In this document: one piece after another, positions 19,056 to 28,366 of the stretch | How positions within the stretch are numbered: position 1 is the first letter of the stretch | How the letters are laid out: each line of letters starts with the position of its first letter | From: a virus | Lineage: Duplodnaviria; Caudoviricetes | Virus record (IMG/VR): IMGVR_UViG_3300042294_002897 | Span: 1 to 56,040 of that record | DNA: 56,040 nucleotides | Direction: 5' to 3' (one strand) | Program-made: the position numbers and the translations under genes | Notes under the pieces: generated by a model | What the model was told of the DNA's origin: nothing | The model's input: the letters and a program-made list of their open reading frames with translations, nothing else | The model's database searches: none

Positions 19056-20908
19056 TTTTCTATTATTTGTAAATTACTAAGATCTGAAACTTCATTATTT
19101 GTTTCAGAATTACCAAAAAAATCAGTTCCAGTAATAAAACACTCATCTTTTACTAAACAAGCGACCTCACCTTTTGAACTATGATAAACTCTACCTATAG
19201 AGTCGTACATTTCTTGTTTGTCTTCTGTATACCCAATGTATTCAACCAACCCGTTATTTAAATATTTTGAAATTTGATTATCAAAATAATTTTTATCACC
19301 TATAGCTCCAAAAATTAATATTTTTTCACAATTATCAGAAATTGCTCTTTCTATCGAGATATGAGTTTGTTTTCTTTCTTCGATAGAACCTATTATTCCT
19401 GCGATCATTTTTTTATTTGTTTTTTCTTTAAAAAATAAATTTGGTTTTAGGTTTGGAATTATACTGTAATCTCCATTATATTCTTGATGAAATTCTTTAT
19501 GTTGATCATGTAAAAATACACAAGTGTCAAAAAAATTATTAATATTTTTAAACGACCACCACCATTTTTCGTGACAAGAAAATACGACCTTATGTACATT
19601 TGGTCTTTCAGGTAAGTTTATAAAATGACAAATTAATCTATCGGATTGTTCTAATTTTAAATTTAGAAGTAAATCTGATTTACATTTATCAAGGTGATAA
19701 CTATGTGGACCATAAAATGTACAATCGTATCCATAACGATTAAGTTCATTTGTTAAATTTACAAAAGCGACCGTAGACCCACCATAAGAAGAATAATTAG
19801 ATAATATTTTTATTTTTTTATTATCTGTTGATGTATAATCTAAAATACTAAGTATATCACTAGTATTAATAACTTTTAAATCATTATTTATTTTCAATTT
19901 AGGTAAATTTGAAAATGCTACTTTGATAAAATTATATTCTTTATTATTATCATGTATAATCAAGTCATAGTTAGAGTTATTTGTACTATACAAAACTTTA
20001 TCAACACTTCGAACGGTATTTCCATTAATTGTTAAACTCCAATTACCGTCACCAATTTTTGTATCAGGTATTTGATTTTTTTCAATTAATTTTATGTTTT
20101 TATTTTTTACCTTAATTTTCTTGAAATTACTGATTACATGTATTTCCCAATTTTTAGGAAGTTCGGCTAATTCAAGTATCAAATCAGAAATTAAATTAAA
20201 ATTATTTTCAATTGAAACCAAAATTTTTAACAAATCATTTGAACTTTTTTTTATTTTGGTAGGTAAATACTCACTAAATTTTTTTGAAAATAAAATTCTA
20301 TTCTCTTCCCATTTATCATTAGTCATTCCAATAGACTTGTGAGTTATTCTAACATCAAAAATTACACCTATCTTTACTCCTTTTATAAAATTTTCAAAGG
20401 AAAAATTTATATCGTAAAAATGAAATCCAGAAACATTTTCATCAAAATTGGATATTATTCTTTTTTTATGAATACAAATAAAAAGACCATCTACAACTAT
20501 AACGTTTTTTATTTTATCTTCTAAATTTTTACTATATTTTGATTCCCATTTTTTACCTTCATTTTCGTGATTTACTATCCCACACATCGTAGTTCTATCT
20601 TCCCACCACATTCCACTCTTGGGCATATAAGTTGTTCCAGCAACACCTAAAATACCATAATGTGATTTATTAAAATGTTTTAATATTTTGTTTGCCCAAT
20701 TTTTTGTGTCAAAATAAATGTCATCATGACATATAATAACAATATCATTAGTTGCTTCGTTTAATATTTCGTTATAGACTTCAGTTAATGAACGACCAGT
20801 ATCGTTTATTTTTTCTATAATTTCTAACTTAGGTAATCCTGAAGTTTGACGTAGCAAATTTTGGAATACCTGAGAAGATTTTCTTGTACTATATCCTACT
20901 GTTATCAT
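19031..20908 (-). CDS. Two-domain glycosyltransferase (GT2-like plus GT4-like)
   Basis: N-part SL..VYN..DIVIICHDD..G..GVAG..VDGLF..FHFYD. C-part GGST.A..L.N; G.I..RK; S.GE...LV..E. Confidence 0.8.
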   Translation of the reverse strand: MITVGYSTRKSSQVFQNLLRQTSGLPKLEIIEKINDTGRSLTEVYNEILNEATNDIVIICHDDIYFDTKNWANKILKHFNKSHYGILGVAGTTYMPKSGMWWEDRTTMCGIVNHENEGKKWESKYSKNLEDKIKNVIVVDGLFICIHKKRIISNFDENVSGFHFYDINFSFENFIKGVKIGVIFDVRITHKSIGMTNDKWEENRILFSKKFSEYLPTKIKKSSNDLLKILVSIENNFNLISDLILELAELPKNWEIHVISNFKKIKVKNKNIKLIEKNQIPDTKIGDGNWSLTINGNTVRSVDKVLYSTNNSNYDLIIHDNNKEYNFIKVAFSNLPKLKINNDLKVINTSDILSILDYTSTDNKKIKILSNYSSYGGSTVAFVNLTNELNRYGYDCTFYGPHSYHLDKCKSDLLLNLKLEQSDRLICHFINLPERPNVHKVVFSCHEKWWWSFKNINNFFDTCVFLHDQHKEFHQEYNGDYSIIPNLKPNLFFKEKTNKKMIAGIIGSIEERKQTHISIERAISDNCEKILIFGAIGDKNYFDNQISKYLNNGLVEYIGYTEDKQEMYDSIGRVYHSSKGEVACLVKDECFITGTDFFGNSETNNEVSDLSNLQIIEKWKNLLDL

Positions 20909-20910
20909 AA

Positions 20911-21513
20911 TTAAATTCCTGTTGAGCCAAAACCATTTTCACCTCGTTCTTTACTAGTTATATTTTGTTTTTCTATCAAATTAACAAAACTACCTGAACT
21001 TATCAATGACAAACAACATTGACAAATTTTTTGTTTGTGATTAACCATTATAGGATTCGGTGTTGTATTATGCAATATTACTTTTATTTCCCCATCATAT
21101 CCATAATCTACAGTACCAGGACTGTTAAGTACAATTAGACCATAATTTATAGCTAAACCACTTTTACTTCTTACTTGTAATTCCATACCCTTTGGTATAT
21201 CAAATTTTAATCCTGTGGGTACAAGGATACGGCCAAATCCTTCAATTATGTGATCTCCTATTCCACATAAATCAAAACAAGAATCTGTTTCGTAAGCATA
21301 AACAGGATCTGAGGCATCACTATGAATTTTTACATAACTTAGTTCTATTTTGTAAGTTTGTTCCTCCAATTTTTTATTGAGTAAATCAAAATCTAATCCT
21401 AAACTTTTTGAAATTTTATCTATGTCCAAACCATTTGAGTCATTTAAACTACGTAAAATTTCTTCAAATTCATTAGATAAATTGTCAAACTCTTTATCAT
21501 TTTCTTCTATCAT
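20911..21513 (-). CDS. dut: dUTPase (trimeric) with N-terminal extension
   Basis: LVPTG; RSKSGLA; NSPGTVDYGYDGEIKV; RGENGFGSTG. Confidence 0.92.
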   Translation of the reverse strand: MIEENDKEFDNLSNEFEEILRSLNDSNGLDIDKISKSLGLDFDLLNKKLEEQTYKIELSYVKIHSDASDPVYAYETDSCFDLCGIGDHIIEGFGRILVPTGLKFDIPKGMELQVRSKSGLAINYGLIVLNSPGTVDYGYDGEIKVILHNTTPNPIMVNHKQKICQCCLSLISSGSFVNLIEKQNITSKERGENGFGSTGI

Positions 21514-22214
21514 TATTTTAAGTCTTTAAGTTTTTTTATTAGGTCTACCAAAACCAATACATCACGTTCACAATACTCAACAATTAAATTTAATTGATTG
21601 TATTCCCAATATGCTTCATGTACTCGATTACCTGTGATCTCACCTTCCTTGGATGAGGGTACTCCCATAGCGGCACACATCAATTCCAATGAGGATAAAC
21701 CAAAGGGATTACCAAATTTCCAAACATCCATTGTGTCAATTGCTCTGATTTCCCAAGGTTTTGTTTCATAACTAGGTAAGAGTGTTGATGGTTTTATTCC
21801 GTTAATTACCATTCTTTTAAGAAGGTGTGGTATATCAAAATTTTTTACATTATGCCCACACAACCAAAAATCAGATTTTTGAACTTTATTAAACAATTGA
21901 TTTATTTCTAACAATACTTGTTTTTCATCATCACCTGAAATGGTCTGTTTGTGGACTTTACCATCAGGTGTGACAAATGCAAAACTCGCACAAACGATTT
22001 TCGAAAATTCGGGTACAAGTGCCGCTCTGTTAATAAAAACTTGTTCTTTAGGTAATTCTTTATCTTCAGGAAATCTTTTTAAAAACCAGTCGAAATAGTT
22101 ATGAAATTGTTTTAATAACATCTCATTATTCTTCTCTAGTTCTTCGTAGTTCTTGAATAAACCTACTGTTTCGATATCGAAAAAAAGGATTTTAGTTATT
22201 GGTTGTGTTATCAT
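21513..22214 (-). CDS. DEDD 3'-5' exonuclease (PolB-exo-like, stand-alone)
   Basis: FFDIET; GHNVKNFDIP; DTM; YCERDV. Confidence 0.85.
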   Translation of the reverse strand: MITQPITKILFFDIETVGLFKNYEELEKNNEMLLKQFHNYFDWFLKRFPEDKELPKEQVFINRAALVPEFSKIVCASFAFVTPDGKVHKQTISGDDEKQVLLEINQLFNKVQKSDFWLCGHNVKNFDIPHLLKRMVINGIKPSTLLPSYETKPWEIRAIDTMDVWKFGNPFGLSSLELMCAAMGVPSSKEGEITGNRVHEAYWEYNQLNLIVEYCERDVLVLVDLIKKLKDLK

Positions 22215-23466
22215 AATATGGATTTGTAAAATTCTGCTCTATCTTTTGTCACTTTTTCTAAATTATATTTTTCATGAACTGTTTCATATAATCTTTCACC
22301 TAAATCTTGTACAAAATTAGGGTTTTGTATTAATTTCTTTGCATAATAAAACCAATCACTGTGATTTCTATTTTCATCAACTAATAACGCATTTCCATCT
22401 GTAAAATTTCCTTTGTTCATTGCATGTTTTGTGTCAATAGTATATGGTCCTAGATTGGAGGCTATTATAGCCTTTTTGAAAAACCCAGCTTCGATTATCT
22501 TCAATTGTGATTTCATTCTATTAAAAATATGGTTTTTGATTGGAGCTAATGAAATATCAAATTTTGAATAATTTACGGCGTATGAATTAATTGGTTTAGT
22601 CCAAACTCTATTATAAAATTCATTATCAAATTCTAAATTTTCTTCATTTTTGTATTTATGTAAAAAATTTCTATAAGATTCAGAAATTAATTTGTAATTG
22701 TTTGTAAATATAGACTCGTATTGTGACCAAACTGTTTCGTGCGGTTTGATATCTCTCCTAGTTTCCTTACCTGATGCTTTATCTATTTCAGTTACAGTTC
22801 CTCTTATATCAAATCCACATAGAAATGCTTGAGTTTGATTTTTAAATTCATCCATCCTAGAAAATAAAGATTCTAGAATTAAAATATCGTGTAAATGTGA
22901 AGAACCTCCTAACCATCCGAATCTTAGTCTATCTGAAGGTGTAGAATTTTGTTTGAATTGATTTTCGTTTGGATCAATTGCATTTGGAAATATGAAAGTA
23001 TTTTTGTTAAATTTACTTATTTCATTTGCAAATAATGATGTTGTTGTAGTTACATAGTTAGACGCTTTAAGATTTGCAATTATTTTTTCGTGAATTTTAT
23101 TTTGAAAAACTAAGGCATGGATTGGATGATCTGGTGTTGGTAACCAATAATCGTCTAAATCCATAATTGTTTTTACTCCAACTTGATTCAACATTTTAAT
23201 CAAATCAGCAGATGTATCATAGTTTTGTCCTAAAGTTCTATGGAAATGAACTATTTGATAATTTTTCCAAAAATTTATATTGTTAATTTGTGGTTCGTAT
23301 TCGATTTCCACATGAAATTCGTCCGAAAACTTATTTTGTAAAAAAATGTGTGGGTCTAAAGACCTAAATTTACCTTTAGTTAACCAACCCCCGTACGGTC
23401 AGATGGGACTACAAGAATCCTAATCTTTTCACGACCATTTGGGGGTTGAATTGAATTTTGTTGCAT
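22211..23466 (-). CDS. GT-B glycosyltransferase whose frame is interrupted by an 11-nt gap (candidate translational bypass)
   Basis: Segment 1, 23466-23383: MQQNSIQPPNGREKIRILVVPSDRTGVG then TAA. Segment 2, 23371-22211: KFRSLDPH...D.DDYW..FGWLGGSSH..D..APL..N..KS.LKIIEAG. Joined product is 414 aa. Confidence 0.75.
23372..23448 (-). other. Candidate recoding element: 5' hairpin plus GGU-UAA-CUAAA-GGU
   Basis: Matched Gly codons 11 nt apart with a stop right after the first. An extended stem-loop (23448-23385) ends at the first GGU. Confidence 0.6.
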
Positions 23467-23570
23467 TTTATAGATTATTCTTAAAATAGTTTAATGTTAT
23501 TTGTTTTACAAATAACAATCAAAGTATAATCTAAACAGATGCGATTTTCAAGATAGAAATTTAAAAAAAT

Positions 23571-24125
23571 TCATCTAACTTTTTTAATTTTTGTCACTAC
23601 ACCTTCAAAAACGTGACTCCCAACCCTAAACGTTAACCCTTGTTTGGTTGAAGAACTTTCTTCATATAAAAGTCCTTTTTCACTAAGAACCTCTTCAATT
23701 GTTTCTTTCAACATAGATTTTAATGTACTATAATCAAAGTTAGATTGATTTTTTTTTGGTTCACCTTTTATGTTACCAGCAGCATCGGTTTTCATTAACC
23801 TAGTCGCGGCTTCCACTACTTCATTCGATAATACAGGTTGTGTTTGTGGTTGTTCGATTGGGTGTTCCAACATCAGTCTTTTGATCTCATCTGGTAATTT
23901 AGAATTTTGAATTTTTTGTGACATAGGAACGTTCGAGTTTTGTTGTGGTACTTGTTTTTGTTCCTGTAAAAATTCTTGTGGAATGTTATAACTTGCGTTA
24001 ATAGGTTCAAAACTTTGAACACTAGGTGACGAAATACTCATAGGTGAATTACCTCGTGGCATTTCATTTTGTTTATCCATAATTTTTTTAGCGACTGCTA
24101 ACTTCTGAAATAGGTCTTGATTCAT
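23571..24125 (-). CDS. Hypothetical protein
   Basis: Likely start ATG 24125 (MNQDL). Contains SKLPDEIKRLMLEHPI and a C-terminal beta-hairpin. Confidence 0.6.
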   Translation of the reverse strand: MNQDLFQKLAVAKKIMDKQNEMPRGNSPMSISSPSVQSFEPINASYNIPQEFLQEQKQVPQQNSNVPMSQKIQNSKLPDEIKRLMLEHPIEQPQTQPVLSNEVVEAATRLMKTDAAGNIKGEPKKNQSNFDYSTLKSMLKETIEEVLSEKGLLYEESSSTKQGLTFRVGSHVFEGVVTKIKKVR

Positions 24126-24126
24126 A

Positions 24127-24522
24127 TTATACTGTTTGTGTGTTAAACTTTGCATTAATAATAATTCTACTCATACTTTTGTCACCATTAAAATTGTAAT
24201 TTGGTCTAGGTTGACTAAAATTTGTTCGCAAAGGTTTATACATCGTGATTTTATCGACTCTAAATAATCTCCATCCTGGTAAAGGTTGAGAACCTAAATA
24301 TCCTGTGTGTGAAGCACCTGTTAGATCCCACGCTCGTAAAACTAAATTGTTTGCCTTAGAATAACCCAAACATACAGGTTCAATTTCTCTTAAACCTCTA
24401 CCACCAGGTTCATCTCCTGTGTAATAGATTGTACACACTTGTTTTTTTTCTATAGACTGTCGTATATCGTTAATAGACGCCGCCTCTAAAATTAGATGAT
24501 ATAGAGATTCAATAAGTTTCAT
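24127..24522 (-). CDS. Stand-alone WYL-domain protein with N-terminal leader
   Basis: I..SI..KQVCTIYY..R.IEP..LG......LRAW....WRLFRVDKI is a typical WYL pattern. No HTH. Confidence 0.8.
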   Translation of the reverse strand: MKLIESLYHLILEAASINDIRQSIEKKQVCTIYYTGDEPGGRGLREIEPVCLGYSKANNLVLRAWDLTGASHTGYLGSQPLPGWRLFRVDKITMYKPLRTNFSQPRPNYNFNGDKSMSRIIINAKFNTQTV

Positions 24523-24812
24523 TACTGTTCAACTCTGTATGGTTTGTTTGGTTGATATAAATTGAATTTAATGTTTAATTTACGTTCCAAAACGTCAACA
24601 GAAGTACCTGCTTGTTCGTTGTACACGTCCAAGTAAGATCCCGTACCTCTACCGATTTCATCACCATCCCCAACTGCCGCAGGGTTGGTTGATGAATATT
24701 CGTTTCCTTGTTGTTTAAAATCATTTTTTACAATGTTCTTTTTTCTCTCAACATCGGCAATTGCTGTAAGTCTGTTTTCTGGTTGAGAAAAATCAAGTGG
24801 TTCTAGTGCCAT
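24522..24812 (-). CDS. Hypothetical protein
   Basis: 96 aa ORF coupled to the WYL gene. Confidence 0.55.
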   Translation of the reverse strand: MALEPLDFSQPENRLTAIADVERKKNIVKNDFKQQGNEYSSTNPAAVGDGDEIGRGTGSYLDVYNEQAGTSVDVLERKLNIKFNLYQPNKPYRVEQ

Positions 24813-24817
24813 AGTTT

Positions 24818-25285
24818 TTAAATTTTACTAAAAATTTCGTTTATTCTTTTAAGATTTTCTGTCACTTTCAAATCGTATTGTTGTATGTTTGTTTTTTTTG
24901 GTGTTGTTTTAGCGATGTTAAGGTTGATGTCTGCGGTTGGTACTTGAATGTACTCATTATCCATTCCTGTATCCCTTTTAATTTTTTCCGACCCCTGTAT
25001 ACTTTGTCTAGCATTTGATAAACAAGTGTTAACAAACTCTTTCATTTTATTTTCACCATTCAATATAAAAGGAGCGTCTACATTACGACCTTGAAAGGTA
25101 TCAAAAAAATTTTTAATTCTTTTCAACTCAGGATATGATACTTGTTGAGTGTTTTGTAATCGTAAGTTTCGATTATACCCTTCCGTATTTTGATCTGCAT
25201 TTTTTACTTTAGCAAAACAAATTTTCATATGATTTCTCATATCTTCGGGAAAATTCCATTTTCTATCGTACAATTGACTATTCAT
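24818..25285 (-). CDS. Hypothetical protein
   Basis: 155 aa. LKRIKNFFD; C-terminal VTENLKRINEI. Confidence 0.55.
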   Translation of the reverse strand: MNSQLYDRKWNFPEDMRNHMKICFAKVKNADQNTEGYNRNLRLQNTQQVSYPELKRIKNFFDTFQGRNVDAPFILNGENKMKEFVNTCLSNARQSIQGSEKIKRDTGMDNEYIQVPTADINLNIAKTTPKKTNIQQYDLKVTENLKRINEIFSKI

Positions 25286-26090
25286 TATCTGAATTTTTTA
25301 CCATTTTTATAATGTCAGACATTTCTAATCCTTCTTTTTTTGCCATACTAATTAATGATTTTAGGTTCTTTTTCAAGACTGCGGATACTTCAACTTCTTT
25401 ATTTTTGATATCTCCACTAGAATGTCTTTTAGCCAGAATATCTTCTACAACATCTTTCATTTTATTTTTTCTTTCCTTAACAATCATACGAATATCAGAA
25501 CCTGGTAATTTCTTTTTGTTCACTCGGGGGGATTTACCAAACTCTAAAGCCCTTTCTTCAGGATTCTCAACTCCCATATCTTCTAAAGTATCTACCGTTT
25601 CTTTTGGAGACAAGTCTTTTGTTTCTTCCCATCCAAACGCTTTGGACATATCTTCTTCTCTTTGAACACTTTCACCCCAATAAACTCGGTATCCTCTCAT
25701 AACGGGATTTCCTGGTTGAGCCACCGCGAATACCGTTTGGTCCATAGTTTTTCTTGGAGACATTTTAGGATCATGTATTGGAATTTTTGAGTTACTCAAA
25801 CTACCATCAAAGTCCACCAATTCATCTAATTCACCATTTTTACTAGGTTTAATCTTTGATAAAATCTTTTGAATTTGTTTCTTAGAAAATCTTTTTTTGG
25901 ATTTTTGAATTTTTTCGAAAATCAACTTTAAATTTTTTTCTGAAGAATGTGGGAAAGACATAATTTCCTCGTCACGTCTAGATTCGGATAAATTTTTCCC
26001 ATTCGAATAATAAACATCAATAGAGTCGATGTTTTTCTTCAAAAAGAAGTACATATTGTTAAAAAAATATTCCTCTCCGTATTGAATCAT
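25278..26090 (-). CDS. Hypothetical protein (probable late/head protein)
   Basis: 270 aa. First gene after TATTTATA (26110-26103). Confidence 0.55.
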   Translation of the reverse strand: MIQYGEEYFFNNMYFFLKKNIDSIDVYYSNGKNLSESRRDEEIMSFPHSSEKNLKLIFEKIQKSKKRFSKKQIQKILSKIKPSKNGELDELVDFDGSLSNSKIPIHDPKMSPRKTMDQTVFAVAQPGNPVMRGYRVYWGESVQREEDMSKAFGWEETKDLSPKETVDTLEDMGVENPEERALEFGKSPRVNKKKLPGSDIRMIVKERKNKMKDVVEDILAKRHSSGDIKNKEVEVSAVLKKNLKSLISMAKKEGLEMSDIIKMVKNSDNE

Positions 26091-26102
26091 AATTTTTTTT
26101 AA

Positions 26103-26128
26103 TATAAATACTTTCTAATTGTATTTAT
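26103..26128. promoter_or_regulatory. Back-to-back TATTTAT motifs between divergent genes
   Basis: Minus-strand TATTTATA at 26110-26103 and plus-strand TATTTAT at 26122-26128 in a 42-nt gap. Confidence 0.6.
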
Positions 26129-26132
26129 TCAT

Positions 26133-28316
26133 ATGGCTTATCAAAACATTAACCAATATGTCAAATCAAAGTTGTATTTACAACCTGTATTACAAATTTC
26201 GGATATTTCTTTAGCCAATGATGAACGACAATACAATGAAGAAGTTGTTTTTTCACCATTAATTATCGGAGCTAATGATGGTGATGTATTACCGGTAAAA
26301 ATTGATTTAAATTTTTCAGGATCATCTCAGAAAATAGATTTACCATTTGGTGAGTATAAAAGGGAAAACGTAATAGTTTCTGAAAATTATTATAATCCTT
26401 ACGATTATATTTTGGATTGTTTTTCAGGAAAAAGTATTTGTGATATAGGTTTAACAGGTACTGACAATGGATTGGTTACAGGAATGACAGGTCAAAGTAT
26501 CTCTTATACCGAAGGATTATTGGATGACAGCGAAAAGTTCGATCGATTAAAATTTGATAGAAGATTAAAATTATTTCAAGTAACCGGGTATACGAACCAT
26601 CCAAATCATAGATTTTCGGGAATTACCGCAGAAACTGCCTATGAAATGGTATCTTATACCGCTAATACAGTTGGAGTTTACAATGAACTTTACGGAGGAT
26701 TTTATCAAGGTTTTTATGAACTTTTCGGGTATAATTATAAAATACTACCTGAAAGATATACCAAAGGTTGGACAGTTGAAATGACACTGAAACCAAGGAT
26801 ATACAATCAGTATTCAACACCATCAGGTAAAACAACTCTGAACCAATATTATCCAAACAATTCGGGTATTTTTTTCTACTTAGGAACTCGTGCGGAAAAC
26901 AAATATTGGCACTTCGCACAAGGAAAAAATCCTACAGATCCTGATTATGATCGGGTAACTAAAAGATTAAAAGATTTAACAACTTGTGATTGTACAACAC
27001 TAAATCCAGGATACTCAACTAACTCCACATCTCATTTTGATTTGAGCGTTTCAGGTGCGACAATTCAAGTTGGTCAGGATTTGTTATGGACTTCAGGTGA
27101 TACTTGTGTTGTATATCATAACGAACTTGCTTTTTTAACAGGTAATGTTATTGGGTATTCGGCCGAAACAAGTTCTTTGCAATTTGTTACAACCTATCGT
27201 GTTGGAAAAGGAGATTTTCAATATTGGATTGTTGATAAATTAAATTTTTTAGAATACAATAATTCCGATTGTTATTTTGTGTATCCACCTACAGGGATTA
27301 CTGATTATCACTACACGGAAAGTCCTTGTTGTCCTGATGAACCACAAGTCCCTGTAGCAGAACAAGATGCTGCCTATAACGGGATGTCTAACGCACTTGC
27401 CATAAGATTTAGTGGTGATCCAACCAATCCAAAAATATGCATTAGGACCTTGACTATGACAGGTGATTGTATAACGAGTGGTAGTTGTGAAACCACAGGT
27501 TTTGAATCTCAAACAGGATACTCAATTAACAATTATTGTACTACAAAAAGAATATACGATGAATGTAGTGGAACCACATATTCATTAGATGAACATTGGG
27601 TTTTAATCGACGTGGTTTTTGAAAGAAATACGGCTTTGGATGAATGTGATTTAGTTTACCTTGGTGGTTTAGGTGTGATTTCTAATTTAGTATTCACCGC
27701 ATCTACAGATAGTAATTCAGTTTCATTAATTTCACCACCAATAACACATTACCAATTAAATCCTGAAAAAGAAGAGTTGGTACAACTCAACAATGAGTGG
27801 TTATTGGAAAAAGGTTTCCGTAAAGGAAAATTTAAAATTTTTGTAAATGGTAAATTATTCGAAACCTTCGATAATGTCGAAGAAATTATTCCGAGAGGAC
27901 TTTATGGTCACAAAGAAACTCAAGTAGGTGTACCATTTAATATTTCATGGGGTGGAGGTACACAAGGACTCCACGAGAATTTAATTTTTAGTGCTATTCC
28001 TACCAATGATTTGAATTATTATATTCAGGATCCTGAATTATTCCCACCAAAAATCTTAAGTGGAACAAGTTTAAGTGCGTTAACTACAAATATTTTAATT
28101 GAACAGAATTTTGCTGGGACATTCGATGGAGGAATATCTTCTTTTTCGATGTATGCTAAACCTTTGACTATACCTGAAATACAACATAATGCAAGAATAT
28201 TGAGACCAAAATACGATTTTTTGAATACATATTGTTTTACATGTCTTGATTCAACTCCGACGGCAACTCCAATTAATACCCCAATACCAACTCAAACACA
28301 ACCACTTCCTACCTAA
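26133..28316 (+). CDS. Putative virion protein with LamG/ConA-like beta-sandwich, Cys-rich, short TP tail
   Basis: WTVEM..KP; FKIFVNGKL; FDGGISSFSMY.KPL...EI..N. Ends STPTATPINTPIPTQTQPLPT. Confidence 0.6.
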   Translation: MAYQNINQYVKSKLYLQPVLQISDISLANDERQYNEEVVFSPLIIGANDGDVLPVKIDLNFSGSSQKIDLPFGEYKRENVIVSENYYNPYDYILDCFSGKSICDIGLTGTDNGLVTGMTGQSISYTEGLLDDSEKFDRLKFDRRLKLFQVTGYTNHPNHRFSGITAETAYEMVSYTANTVGVYNELYGGFYQGFYELFGYNYKILPERYTKGWTVEMTLKPRIYNQYSTPSGKTTLNQYYPNNSGIFFYLGTRAENKYWHFAQGKNPTDPDYDRVTKRLKDLTTCDCTTLNPGYSTNSTSHFDLSVSGATIQVGQDLLWTSGDTCVVYHNELAFLTGNVIGYSAETSSLQFVTTYRVGKGDFQYWIVDKLNFLEYNNSDCYFVYPPTGITDYHYTESPCCPDEPQVPVAEQDAAYNGMSNALAIRFSGDPTNPKICIRTLTMTGDCITSGSCETTGFESQTGYSINNYCTTKRIYDECSGTTYSLDEHWVLIDVVFERNTALDECDLVYLGGLGVISNLVFTASTDSNSVSLISPPITHYQLNPEKEELVQLNNEWLLEKGFRKGKFKIFVNGKLFETFDNVEEIIPRGLYGHKETQVGVPFNISWGGGTQGLHENLIFSAIPTNDLNYYIQDPELFPPKILSGTSLSALTTNILIEQNFAGTFDGGISSFSMYAKPLTIPEIQHNARILRPKYDFLNTYCFTCLDSTPTATPINTPIPTQTQPLPT

Positions 28317-28366
28317 AATCATGAATCTAATTAAAAATTATAAATTTACATTAAACTATAAACATT

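Noticed and set aside
23374-23384. The 11-nt gap can be read as GT...AG (GTTAACTAAAG), like a spliceosomal intron, and GGU|UAA resembles a group I 5' splice site
   Set aside because: Bacterial host with no spliceosome. 11 nt cannot hold a ribozyme core, and no 11-nt excision gives both an exon-terminal U and an intron-terminal G. Kept only as a possible remnant.
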